Shown piece by piece: positions 24,089 through 36,945 of a stretch of DNA of 64,000 bases. The stretch is taken from contig NC_043009.1 in assembly GCF_006345805.1 (NCBI RefSeq), positions 46,872,001 to 46,936,000 of the forward strand, given 5' to 3'. The notes beneath the pieces were generated by a model, which had not been told where the DNA came from, ran no database searches, and saw only the letters and a list, made by a program, of their open reading frames with translations. Origin of the DNA: Octopus sinensis. Taxonomy: Eukaryota. Made by a program: the position numbers and the translations under genes. The number at the start of each line of letters is the position of its first letter. Position 1 is the stretch's first letter.

Positions 24089-27000
24089 TTTGATACTTTG
24101 ATCCTTTGATAGGTTTCGGCCATTATTGGCCCAGGCCATGTCTAACTTAATAGCACCACCTGGTGAAGTCTTTCAAGTCAGAATTTGGGCACTATGGCCC
24201 ACTCAAGTAGAGAGTTATTGTTTACAGAGACCTATCCGGGTGTAGGGGGTTTATCCGGGATTTCTTGAAGGAATCTGTCCAAAGACTTCTTGAACCCTAT
24301 AGGGTCAGTTTCTGTTTTAATGTGTTTTGGTGTAATGTTAAAGAGAGCGGGGCCAATTGAGGTGAAATAATTGTGCCGTATTGTTGTTATGAGATGAGAG
24401 TGCGATTTTTGTTTTGGGCGGATGGCACGGGGCCCAAGCCTTGGATGTACCTTAAAGGTGATGCCAACATCATTTGGGCAATGCTGATGGAATATTTTCC
24501 ACATCATGCAGATGATGTAGCGCTCACGACGACGTTGGAGAGAATAGAGTTTTAGCTTTTCTAGTCGACCCCAATAGTCGAGGCCTGTCATGCCATCTAT
24601 CTTTTTTGTGATTGCCCTTTGAGGTGCTTCAACTTTTATGATACCTTGTATTGTGTGGGGAGACCACAGTAGACAACAGTATTCAAGGTGGGGTCGGGCA
24701 AAAGTGGAGAAGAGAAGGATAATGGTGTGGATATCTCTCGACTGGAAAGTTCTGAGAATCCAGGAACACATTCTGCGGGCCATGTCAACTTTGGTGTTTA
24801 TATGAGTGGCCCAGCTTACGTTGTTGTCCACAATTACTCCCAAGTCTCTGATGTTGTTGGACGCCGCGAGAGTTTCACCTGAAGGAAGGGAGTATGGGAG
24901 TTTCAGGGCATCCTATTTTCCAAAGTGGATTAGCTCAAATTTATCCTCGTTCAGCAGCATATTGTTTTTTTCTGCCCATTGGATAACAGCCAGTAGATCT
25001 GACTGAAGGCATGTCCGGTCACTCGCCTCATTTATGACCTTCTGTAGCTTGGAGTCATCTGCAAAGATTTTTATGTTGCTGTGCTTGATGATGTCATTAA
25101 TGTCATTAATGTAAATGATGAAAAGAAGTGGGCCCAGCACAGTGCCTTGTGGAACGTCACTACTGACTTTGGATGGGCTTGATTTTACCCCTTCAACTAC
25201 AACATGTTGAGATCTGTCTGTCAGGAAACACTTAATCCATTTCAGTAACTTTCCAGAGACACCAATGTTGGATAGGTTTTTCAATAGGATCTTGTGATCG
25301 ACCCTGTCGAAGGCCTTACTGAAATCAAGGTAGATGACATCGGTGTTGGAGCCCTCTCCCAAAGCTCTCAAAATGTCCTCAAAATGATGCAGGAGCTGCG
25401 TTAGGCAGTCCCTTCCATTACGGAACCCATGTTGGTTGGAGATCAGCCGTCTGTTGCTTTCCAGAAATTGGGTTATTCGAGATCTCACCACCCTCTCAAA
25501 TACCTTGATGATATGAGAGGTGAGTGAGATCGGACGGTAATTCACTGCAAGGGACTTGTTTCCCTTTTTGAAAACTGGGACAACAGACTGGGACAGAAGT
25601 TTTTTTGGAATATAGCCAGCATCCAGTGAGTTTCTCCACAGATTAGCAAGGGGAGATGCAAGTTTGTGTCGACACACCTTCAGGACACAAGCAGGGAACC
25701 TATCGGGGCCTACTGCTGAATTGTGTTTTATTTCGTTTATCGCCGCTAAGACATCAGGGGCACTAAACGTTATGTCCGATATAGTGTGTTGGGGGTTGAC
25801 ATCACTGATACAGCCCAGATCGGCCATATCAGGATTGCTGAAAACAGAGCAGTATTGTTTCTGCAGTATCTCGGCCATGGATTTGGCATTATCTTGGAGA
25901 GTGCCAGTTTCGTCAATTAGAGGGCCTACAGTGGAGACAGTGACCCTGCGTTTCCTCGCAAATGAAAAGAACACTTTGGGGTTGAGTTTGATTTTTTCAA
26001 TGGCCCACTTCTCCTCAGCTGATCTTTGGTTATTGATGAGGGTCTTCATGCATTGTTGGAGGTTGTATTTTTTGGATTCAAGCAGTGCGATAGCCGTCGA
26101 ATGTGTGTGTTGCTGTTGGCAGTACTTTAGTTTGTTAATTTTTTTGTTTGTTCTTTTTATTTTTCTGATAATGGTTTTTCTGTTTTGGTGGATTCTGTAC
26201 TTTTTGTTCACAGGTCTTGGTGGGGAGTGTTTTGCACATATGTCTGTAACGGTGTCTACAAAGATCTGCCAAGATGTTTTATGGTTGGTGGAGATGTGTG
26301 TATGTGTAAAGGACCAGTCAACATTTGATAGCTCGTTCCTGATTGCATCCCAGTTGGCTTTATGGAGATCCATGTTGTCAAATGGGTGGGCTGGAGGAAG
26401 GTCACTAGGATTAGCTTTCGGCTGGTGGAATTTCATGTTACAGAGAACCATGTCATGGTCTGAAAGAAGGGTTTTTTCCACTGTAACGTTATGTATAGTG
26501 TTAGTGTGGTTACTAAACACTAGGTCCAAAATGTTCTGATGTCTTGTTGGTGCAAGGACAAGTTGGGACAAGAAAAACTCATTCGTAAAGTCGAAAAGTG
26601 ACCCTGCTGCTTCTTTGTCAGCGGTTGAGGCGGGAGTGCTTGGTTTCAAACAGTTTGTAGTCCAGTCAACACAGGGTAGATTGAAGTCTCCCATCATGAG
26701 TATATTGCTAGAATGGCACTGTTGAATAAAGCACTTAATGCTGTTGAGGCATTCTTTAAAGCACAGTATGGGTGTTTGGGGCGGCCTATAGAGCCCAATT
26801 ACTGTCAGGTCATTGGCTTTGTTGTGCACGGTGACTGATTCACAGTAGCCGTTGGAGAATATACTATTTCCATCTGCCGTAAATGAATCATGCAGGAAAA
26901 TGGCAGTTCCACCCTTCCTCCTGCCGATACGATCCACGCGGATGGTTGTGAAATTCTTCACTCTCACTTCGGCTTCCAAGTGGGAGTTGTCAAGGTGGGT

Positions 27001-27499
27001 CTCAGTGAGAATGAAGAAAGGGATGTGGTGTGAATGGTTACCAACCCAGTCTTCAATGAATTGGACCTTCCATTTTTGTGCATTGATGGAAGGGATGACA
27101 CCTTGTGCATTGAGTAGGAATGTGGAGGTTAGTGTAGTGGCTGGTTTTGACTGTTGCAGGGGGCTTGGATTTTTTGTGTGTGTTAGTGGCAGCAATGTGG
27201 GGAATTGGTGCACTGGGGTAATAGCATAGGATGGTGTTGAGTGATGGCTAGAATGTTTTTGTGTATCTCTTTTGCCATGTTCAACATGGCTAAAAAAGAA
27301 TTTTCCTGCTTAGGGAGCAGTTTTTGGCTGGAGGTGTGGTTGCACTGTTGGATAGGGTTGTAGTTTCCACTTTTGTTGTTGTTTTTGTGTCTTCCTGAAA
27401 AGACTGGACCAGCATTACTGCAGCATGGTGTGTTTCTATTTTTATTATTCAGGTTTGTGTGTTGGCTTGAGGCCCGTTTCTGTTTGTGCGTCGGGTCCC
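24087..27499 (-). mobile_element. CR1-group LINE (APE plus RT), 5'-truncated within ORF1, with an octamer-repeat 3' tail
   Basis: ORF2 motifs ILTETHL, GLYRPP, MGDFN, ILDLVFSN, SDH, NYRPISLTS, QHGFR, YLDFSKAFD, PQGTVLGP, FADD. Tail (ATCAAAGT/G)x3 at 24087-24110. (TA)n on both sides. Confidence 0.93.
24178..27213 (-). pseudogene. LINE ORF2 (endonuclease-reverse transcriptase), ~1012 codons with two in-frame TAG stops and no frameshift
   Basis: ORFs 24913-27213 and 24232-24843 are in the same frame. Reading through gives FGK*DALKLPYSLPSGETLAASNNIRDLGV and PPTPG*VSVNNNSLLEWAIVPKF*. Confidence 0.88.
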
Positions 27500-27523
27500 T
27501 ATATGTATGTATATATGCGTATA

Positions 27524-27587
<64 letters not shown>

Positions 27588-27728
27588 AATTTGGAGATGA
27601 TTATATATATTTAGAAAATTGAGGTAATCAGATCATGGTTCATATTTGTAGATATTTTTATATATTACATTTTTTACATATATATCATATCATTCGGATT
27701 AGCGCTTGCTCCCATTCTAGTGGGTTTT

Positions 27729-27837
<109 letters not shown>

Positions 27838-28366
27838 TATATATATATATGTATGTATGTATATGTTTCAGCGTATTACATCTGCTTTTGTCAGGTTCAC
27901 AATGCTAGCTGCTAATTATGTTGAGACATAATTACCTCCTTGCAGGAATGTCATCTAATTACAACATTTTGGATTTACATTTAAGCAAATAGACAAAACA
28001 CCTGACAATCTAACAGTAATTATACCTACAATTAGAATAACATTTCAATATACTTTCTTTTAAAAACAATAATTAATATTTTCTTATCGAACTGCAATGT
28101 CCCTCACTTTTTCATAATGTATGCATTATATTAATCATTTACTTAAGGTAAATGTACATAAATGTTTTTATATATGCTACAAATTTTATGTGTAGTTAAG
28201 AAAATGTCTGGGAATTAGCAGTAGATAGTGTCTGGAATTAAGCACAAATATTTTTAGACAGTCTTGCGAGGCAAAAGATTTTTCATTTCCGTAATAAGCT
28301 AACAGTTTTCTTTATTACACAAACTCACATTCATCTTTACTCACACACACACACACACACACACAC

Positions 28367-28405
<39 letters not shown>

Positions 28406-28432
28406 TAATCTACCTATTTGCCTATCCAAGAA

Positions 28433-28474
<42 letters not shown>

Positions 28475-29050
28475 TGTCTATCTGTTTATCTATCCATATA
28501 AATATATATGTGTGTGTATATTTGTGTGTGTATATATATATAAATATAAATATATGTATGTACACACACACAGATACACACATATACATATGTACATGCA
28601 TACATGCATACGCACATACATATACATACATACGCGCACACACACACACACACATATATATAAGTGTTTGGCGTGTTTATAAAACAAACAGATGTCTTTA
28701 AGAAAACTGTACGGTAAAATTGAATCTACAGCTTCATGTCACAGAAGAATTTAGAATTCTCGTGTCAACACATAGCTAAACCACATTCACTTATAAATGG
28801 CGTAAGTCACATCACATTGGTTAAATTCCATTATCCTATTCTAAAAGGAATGAGGATGAAATTCCAACATAAGGAAGTAGCAATACCAATGAATGCAGGA
28901 ATTTTTCTGAAAGGTCACTTCCTAAAAGTCGAACTGTAAACTATAGTTATAGTTTCGAATTGCATGTAAGAAATTGGCAGACATACTTAATGACGCACAC
29001 ACAAACACACACACACACACACAAACAAACAAGTACACACACGCACGCAC

Positions 29051-29101
<51 letters not shown>

Positions 29102-29149
29102 TACAAACACACACACGTATACAACAGATTGGGATTCAGGTAAATCACG

Positions 29150-29410
29150 CACATGAATTGTAAGGCACCGTGTCGGCACGCAAAGTAAACTGTGTAAACA
29201 ACAAAAATAATTGAATAATTATACGGGTACCGAGGTACAGATATGTCGTTCAGTGCTCAAAGTGAGGAGTAGATAGACAGCCGACAACTGATGAAGGGTC
29301 ATTCTTTATATTACTTTTCCTGTTTTCCATTTGTTTCTCTCACTGTTTGCGTATTGAACTCATTTGCTTTCGTATTTCATGTTGTTTACTGTAGGTGATG
29401 TCATGTACTC
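29150..29410 (+). mobile_element. Unclassified dispersed repeat (second copy ~55800-55975 on the minus strand)
   Basis: cagcc(g/t)acaactgatgaagggtc(a/g)ttctttat...ttttccatttgtttct...ttcgtatttcatgttgtttac is shared by both copies. Confidence 0.65.
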
Positions 29411-29496
<86 letters not shown>

Positions 29497-29498
<2 letters not shown>

Positions 29499-29530
29499 GG
29501 ATGCATGGCGTACAATCAAATATTAATATA

Positions 29531-29566
<36 letters not shown>

Positions 29567-29601
29567 TTATATTAATATTTGATCGAACGCCACGCATCCA
29601 T
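29497..29601. repeat. Small inverted repeat (39-bp arms, 3 mismatches) around a (TA)n core
   Basis: atggatgcatggcgtacaatcaaatattaatataaataa versus ttatttatattaatatttgatcgaacgccacgcatccat. Confidence 0.85.
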
Positions 29602-30128
29602 TTCCAAGTAAGTTTATCTTAGTCTTTTTGATGCAACACCACTCTATACTGTTTTCTACCCTTATTGTTTTCTGTCTTATCTTTTCTCTAATTCTATTTG
29701 TTCTCCCCTTCGCCGTTGCCTATCTGTCTCTCTCACTCCCCCTCTTTCTCCTCTATTCTCTCTCGTTGCGCACACGTGACTATCGTCCATATTTCTTTTC
29801 CTCACGTGATCATCTTTCTTTTCTTTCAGGGCTGTCCTAAGGACTGGGCGTATCCTGTCTCTCTCTTCTATCTTTTCTCTTGTCAAGGAAAATATTTCTC
29901 CAATGTTCGTTATTTTCTCTTCGTTCTGGTCTAACGAACCTCCATGTTTGTTTTAGTTCGGTTTTATTTGTATTATTATAATACCCTGTACACCTATTTG
30001 ATTATGAAGATTTACAAACATACTTTTTCAGTGATACTCAGTTTACCTACCATTATAAAAAAAAAAACCAAATGTTCTTTCTCAAACCTTTCATAATGTG
30101 ATACAAGTCTTTGGTGTAGCAATTGCAT

Positions 30129-30220
30129 GCGGCTGAAGAGGGCTTTAAACTATCTGTTATGTCGATTATACATTGATGTAAGAATAAGTTGTTTTATGAA
30201 GCTCGAAACATGTGAACCGC
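30129..30220 (+). ncRNA. Type I hammerhead motif with one core substitution (U16.1 to A), probably inactive
   Basis: GCGG-CUGAAGA-GGGCUU-[long loop]-AAGCUC-GAAA-CAUGUG-A-A-CCGC; stems I, II and III are all in register. Confidence 0.6.
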
Positions 30221-30327
30221 GACATCTTTTTTGTCCTGTTTTTTTCATTTGATACATATATCCTCTCACCTCTGCTACTAGCTGGCATATACATGTGCTT
30301 ACATTTATCAAGTATTCACACTGAATT

Positions 30328-30464
<137 letters not shown>

Positions 30465-32256
30465 CACCGTATGTAATCACACAAGTTTGTTTTCGAAGCG
30501 TTGTAATGTATTGTAGAACAAATAGAAAGATAAATTTTATTCAACGCAAATTTCCGCACTTCATTAATTGCTTATAGACGAGACAATGGATTCTGTGCTT
30601 TGTATGTGAAGAAGAGAACTCCTTGAAATGTTAATCTATTGGTTCAGTTACAATTATGAACTCAGCGGAGTTCATGCACTCTGTGACATGCAAATCGATC
30701 GGTTACTTAAACTTTCTTTTCATTTCTTAAGGTAGAAACCATATTCTTCGGATATCATGTACACACCAGTAAAAGATACAGTGTAAGAATGTGGACGAAA
30801 TGAATACATATCTCTTTTTCCTTTTTTTTTTTATGTTTTTGATAATGAATCACTTCAAGGTAAATAATGACATTTTCCAACGTAAATTACTTTAATAATT
30901 CTTATGAACCTTAGAGCAGCCTTCGTCAAAGATCGAGTAACGAAGATTGACCAAATTGTTTGTTTTTATATATACATTGTGTATCTTAAAAGATTATTAT
31001 CCGTATGTTCTTCTATTTGAAAACGAGTAGAGTGTGAATTGAAGGCAATTTAGTTACAGGTCTTGAATCTATTTACATTGTTGTTTGGTTAACTCAATTA
31101 TTTTTTTCCTCAGAAAGAGTCAATAAACTCTGTTTTCCATTGTTTTCACTTCAAACAAACTTTTTTCTGTTTCTAAAGAAGATTTACCTTACTCGTGTAA
31201 TGTTTTCTTATACGCTAACATTCGTCATTTCATTCGCTTTTGTTTGTCCAATTCTATCAATTTTTATACTCCTTAGAATTTTTTCACCAAACATTCAAAC
31301 TCGCATTACCATTCGTCTCTGCTCAGTATCTAGCATCACTCGTCTCCAACCCATTTCTTCCTTATTCTATCAGCTTTTTCTCTCTTCTTCACCCATCTTT
31401 TTCTCTCTTTCTCCCTCTTTCCCTCTACCCCTGCTTTCCTTTCACTCTTCCTCCCTTGAACATTCATAAGCATTTTTTTTGTTTTCATTTCTCATCAACA
31501 TGATACCATTCATGTGTTTTATGTCATTTCACTTTGGTTTTTATGTATATACTAATATAACCGTGTCGTAAAAGTTGCCGACAGTTTTATTACTGATAGA
31601 AAATGGCTTATCGAAACAATGGGAGAAACAATTCTGGCGAAAATAAATTTAAGACCGAGGATAAAAGTTATATTTCTTACATAATATTTTGTTACTCACA
31701 CCATACAAATGATTTTTAGCTTTTACACCTTATGCAGAATTTATTTCTCTTTCGAATGATGCAGAAAATAACAATTTTTATACATCTTGAAGAATTCTAA
31801 TGCTAAATCAATATAAACGTTTCAAATTTACCGGCAAAATTAGTTTAAAACCATGTAATATGTATGCAAATTCTTTTGCCAAAATGGGTGGTCAAACTTA
31901 ATTAATTATCTATTTACTTATTCCTGATGAAAGGGACATTGTCAGTGTGGAACTAAAAGATCCATACCTATTGACTAATGGACTCCGGCAACGGCCGTCG
32001 AATTGCTTCATTTTGAGGTTATGACCCTCTCTCTATAAACATATCTTCGGAATTCCTCTAAACTTTTAAATCCATAATAGGGATTTCTCACTACTGCCGA
32101 TGTATCTTACACTTTTTAATCCCCAATTCAACGTTTTTAACGTTAAATTTAAAATCATTTTTAATCGCTACATCAAACTTTATTTATTTATCTTTTTCAT
32201 GAACATTTTTACCTCATATAACTCTTATTTCTTTCTAAATGATATATAGCTATGTT

Positions 32257-32474
32257 AAGGCAGCGAGCTGACAGAAGCGTCAGCACACCAGGCGAAATGC
32301 TTTGGGTATTGCGTCTGTCTTTATGTTCTGAGTTCAAATTCCGCCGGGGTCGACTTTCCTTTTCATCCTTTCGGGGTCGATAAATTAAGTACCAATTACA
32401 TACTGGGGCTGATCTAATCGACTGGCTTCCTCTCCAAAAATGTCAGGCCTTGTGCCTAGAGAAGAAAAGAATAT
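32257..32474 (+). mobile_element. tRNA-derived SINE
   Basis: aaggcagcgagctgacagaa...gagttcaaattcc...ggggtcgataaattaagtacc...ggccttgtgcctagagaagaaaag. Confidence 0.85.
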
Positions 32475-32689
32475 ATAGATGTGTTCCTTGTATTTATGTA
32501 ATTTTATGTTATATATATTTATTATGTTGATGTAAATCATAAATATAAAATGATTATCTAAATTTTTGTCTCTTCGTATACGAAGTTGTATAATGTCTAA
32601 CGTCTCGGGTTCGACCTGAGCACTTCCAAGCAATTGTATAAAGAACACTTTGTCGAAAGAAAAATAACAATATATATATATATATATAT

Positions 32690-32845
32690 ACGACGGGCTT
32701 CTTTCAGTTTCCTTCCACCAAACCCACTCACAAGGCTTTGGTCAGCAAAAGCCTATGGTAGAAGACACTCGTCCGAAGGGCCACACAGTGGGACTGAACC
32801 TGATACCATGTAGCTGGGAAGCAAGCTTCTTACCACACAGCCACC
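32690..32845 (-). mobile_element. 5' half of the composite SINE family
   Basis: cgacgggcttctttcagtttcc...gtgggactgaacc...cttaccacacagccac. Confidence 0.8.
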
Positions 32846-33258
32846 CGTATTAACTTTCTGTCTTTTATTTTTTGCAGTTATTAGACTACTACCCTGTAAT
32901 GCAGGGTTTTTAGATGAGCGTATTGGCCCCAGTACTTAATTCTTGATCCGGATACTTATTTTATCGTCCTCTCTTGTCGAAACGCTGGCCTACAGAAATG
33001 TAAACAATCCAAGCGATGAAGGGAGACAAACAAACAAGACACACACGCATACATATGGACAGGCTTATTTCAATTTCTGGCTACCAAATCCATTCACGAG
33101 GTTTTGGCCGGCCTGGTGCCATAATGTGGTTGAGCAGAAAACTTCTAACCTTACAGCAATACACACTCAGAGATATACACATACATACATTATATATGTA
33201 TTCATACATACACACACACACAGACACAGACACACACATACACGTACATATATATATG

Positions 33259-33309
<51 letters not shown>

Positions 33310-33502
33310 GTTAAGGGCATTACTATAAATGAATGCCTCACGCTAGGAGGCATGTTTTTATTTATTATAGTAGTTTTGACTTTAAGAGTCCCTCATGGCG
33401 TGAGGTATTTATGTATAGTAGTACCCTTAACATAAATAAATATATTTAAAAGGAATAATTCATAAATTTTTCCCTTATGAGGTTTTTCACGCTAACTACT
33501 TG

Positions 33503-33590
<88 letters not shown>

Positions 33591-34264
33591 GTTTGTATGT
33601 ATATATAATGCAACCCGTTTGTTCTCACAAAAAAACTAGTGGACCAGGCTACAAATCACGTACTAAACCAATACAAAGCGGTGTAATGTATAGATCCATG
33701 CAGTTGAAATCCAATATATCCAGTCAGTAATGACTATTTCATTACGAGTATATAGAATATAAAGAAAGAAAGGAGGTAGGAAGTTAATATTTTGATTTTA
33801 CCAGTTGATATCCGTAAAATTACGATCGTTTGATAGCCAACAGCATGGGAAAAATAAGTTATGTAAGTGTATAACAAATTATTTTACTCGTCTGTATTAA
33901 TGTATGTGCTATAAATTACTTAGTACTATTGAAGATTTTACAGGTAATACAAGTATAGAAGACTAGCTCTTCAGATCATAGGATATCGGGTTTACCTCCA
34001 TTCAATATATACATATAAAATGTCATCTTCAAAATATTAATGGATACTATTATCTGAAGTGCTAGTCATCTATACCAGTATTACCTGTAAAATGTACAAT
34101 AGTACTACATAATTTAAAACATATACACTAATGCAGACGTATAAAACAAGTTGTTATACACTAAAATTAATTTTTTCATGATAATCGCTGCGAAACGATC
34201 ACAATTTTATGGATATCTTCTCGTGAAATAAATATATTGATCCTATACTTTTTGACTTTCTTTA

Positions 34265-34649
34265 TCTCTCTCTATATAAACGGCAGTTTGTCTGTGCGTG
34301 TTTCTGTGTGTCTGTTTGCTTGTACCCTCACCCTGACCACGGCTTTCAACCGATTCTGATGAAACTTGACACACACATAGCCCAATGTCATAATTCAAAA
34401 CTAACGCAGCGAAAATTTTGAAAAGTTCCCCCAGTTCTGAAAAAAATCGATAAATTCGACATGGGGTCGAGAATCAGAAACAAAAACCATAAACTGTCTA
34501 GGGGACGCAACTCCACCTTTTTTAAATCTCAAAAAAAAAATTACCATCATTTTTTTCCATTTTTTTGCTATTTTTTGGCTATAACTCTCTAAAAATGCTT
34601 TATAGTTATTTCCCTTACAAACCTGAGCAACGCCGGGCGATACTGCTAG
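34265..34649 (+). mobile_element. Non-autonomous Helitron-like element
   Basis: Starts A|TC..tctatataaa; ends with GC-rich gagcaacgccgggc about 10 bp before CTAG|T; no TSD. Confidence 0.7.
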
Positions 34650-35359
34650 TATCCTATACATGTGTGTGTGTATGTGCGAGAGAGAGTGTGTATGAGTGTG
34701 TGTGAGTGTGTAAGTGTGTGTGTGTGTCTATGTGTGTGTATGTTTATGTATATATGTTTATATATATATATATACACTTGTATATTTATGTGTGTATATA
34801 TGTATGTATCTATATTACTTCCGGTTTTCGTAGAGGAAAGACGTGTTTGCTTTTGCTCTGTGAAAAAACAAAAAGGTTTGCATAAATCGACGAAATAATC
34901 TACTAAAAGTAACAAAACGTAGAACTTGTTAACTCATAAAGTCTACTAAAATACCTTAATTAAAAATATATTAATTAAAAACGTAATATATTTCGCTTGA
35001 AGCCAAATATAATACAGTAAAGTTAGTTACGCATGCTAGAATCTTCGCCGAAAAAGCACATGGTGGCAAGTCTTTAATTTATCTCCAGCCAAATGTAAGA
35101 AGGAAAAAGAATTGTTTTCTTTTCTGTTGTGAGAAAACTTCTTCGTCCAAGCACGTACCTTTCAAGATAAGTAACGGTTGCAATGGTTTGTTTATTAATT
35201 TTTATTTTCCTTTAATATAAGCTAACATCTTAGTTACGATATACGACGCCATCTTTGTTTACATTCTGAGAATAACTTTCTTTCAATTTCTGTTTCGCTT
35301 TCATATGTTTATTTTCCTGTAATTAGTTTAGAATTAAAAAAATTCCTTCATTTCCTCAC

Positions 35360-35990
35360 TTTCTTCTACTTCCTCTCTCCTCCCTTACATATATTCTCCC
35401 ACTTCCAGCTCTTTTCTCCTTTCCTTTATCTCTCTTTACGCTTACCCTTTCCCTCTCTCTTGCATATCTTACTCTTTTTCTCATCTCCCCTCCTCCATTT
35501 CATATCCTCCTCTTCTCTCATTTCTCTTTCCTTTCCATCTCACATCTACCTCTCCTCTCGACACCTCACCCTCTCTCTCATATACTTCTCATTCGCCCAT
35601 TCTTCTCACTCCGTCTCTCCCTCTCTCTCACACCTTCATCCTGTCTCTCCTTCACTCTGTTTCTCTTTCTCTTGCTATCCTCTCCTCCCCTATGTTTCTC
35701 TTCTCTTCCCCTCCTCTCCTTCACTCTGCCTCTCTTTCTCTTCCTCTCTTCTCCTTCACTCTGTCTCTCCTATTCCCCTCCTCTCCCTCTCCCCTACCTT
35801 CCTCTATCTTTTTAACACACCACACACCCTTGCTTTCCTCCTATCACCCTCTCGATTTCTTTCATAGCACCTCTCTCTTTCCTTCCTATCTCCCTCTCTC
35901 TTTCCCTATTTCCCCCCTCTGTGTTTCTCCGTCTCTACCTCTCTTTATCTCTCATTACCTCTCTAGCCTCTACTCCCCCTCTGGACCTCA
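35360..35990. repeat. CT-rich (polypyrimidine) low-complexity tract
   Basis: About 630 bp almost entirely C/T on the + strand, directly upstream of the LINE at 35990. Confidence 0.9.
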
Positions 35991-36165
35991 AAACTAAGAT
36001 GGCACCAAAGTGGGAAAAGAAAGAGTTAAATCTTCTGCTGAGAGCATGGATGATTGCTAGTGGCGATCCGCCGAACAACATCATCACTGCGCGCTAAAAA
36101 ACAAGGGATTTCATAGAACCATTGACCAGATAGAGCGGAAGAAAAGTGAGTTTATCCGGTTTTAT

Positions 36166-36945
36166 ATGCTTATAAGACCACACATCAAAATACTGAACAA
36201 CATCATTGAAAATTATTGTGGCAAAGCTGATGAGGATGAAGAGGACGAAAAAGAGAAGGAAACCGGAAGTCTCTGTGATCCAGAGGTTCCTCAGGAAAAT
36301 GGATCACCTACGCCGGTGAACGACCAAGTAGTGAAGGATAGGGGAGCCAAGGGAGCAGAAACCGGAAGTCCCCCTGCACTAGTGGTCCTACGAAGAAATG
36401 AAAAATTAGAAAAACAGAAGAAAAAAGGAAGGACCGAAAACAAAAATAAGGAGGGAAAAGGCAAAACCACCAAAGCTGAAACCCCAACCCACCACACAAA
36501 CAGCAGAGAACCCCATGGAGGATCCAATGCCACCCAGTACACTTCAGGAAAGAAGAAATCTGGAAGGCACCGAAGAACCTGTAAGCTCTACCTGCGGGGC
36601 AAATGTTGGCATGGTGAGAACGGCAAAAACTGCCGGGTCGCCCACCCGACACCCCACCATAACTTCAGGGGACTCAAAGAGAAAAACTTTACCGAGGGAA
36701 CACAAGAAATGTCTCCCAGGAAAACTTTCAAAAACGAAGTGCGCTCCTCAGATGTTCTGCGCAACGCAGCAGCTGAGCAAGGGTCTTTTTTATGCATGGC
36801 GCAAAAAATTGTCCGGCAGCTAACCTGGATACACCAAGCACAGAGAAGGAACCCTGCCCACCACTATGCAAGACCACCACAGTCAACAGACACGGGATGG
36901 CCTCCCCTAACGCATGCACAGCCGTCACCCCAATACTTTTACTAA
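36166..36945 (+). CDS. LINE ORF1 remnant (acidic/basic low complexity plus CCCH zinc finger)
   Basis: CKLYLRGKCWHGENGKNCRVAH (C-x7-C-x8-C-x3-H) at 36580-36645. The original start may be the ATG at 35999, upstream of a stop or frameshift. Confidence 0.6.
   Translation: MLIRPHIKILNNIIENYCGKADEDEEDEKEKETGSLCDPEVPQENGSPTPVNDQVVKDRGAKGAETGSPPALVVLRRNEKLEKQKKKGRTENKNKEGKGKTTKAETPTHHTNSREPHGGSNATQYTSGKKKSGRHRRTCKLYLRGKCWHGENGKNCRVAHPTPHHNFRGLKEKNFTEGTQEMSPRKTFKNEVRSSDVLRNAAAEQGSFLCMAQKIVRQLTWIHQAQRRNPAHHYARPPQSTDTGWPPLTHAQPSPQYFY

Noticed and set aside
25664-26539. 291-aa plus-strand ORF
   Set aside because: Antisense shadow of the LINE ORF2; no recognisable domain.
29284-29310. CTGATGAAGGG here and at ~55915 (minus)
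   Set aside because: No stem II closing onto GAAA and no stem III, so not a hammerhead.
33462-33495. Minus-strand gtgaaaa-a-cct cata agg-gaaa-aatt-t-a
   Set aside because: HHR-like, but G3/A8 do not pair and stem I does not form.
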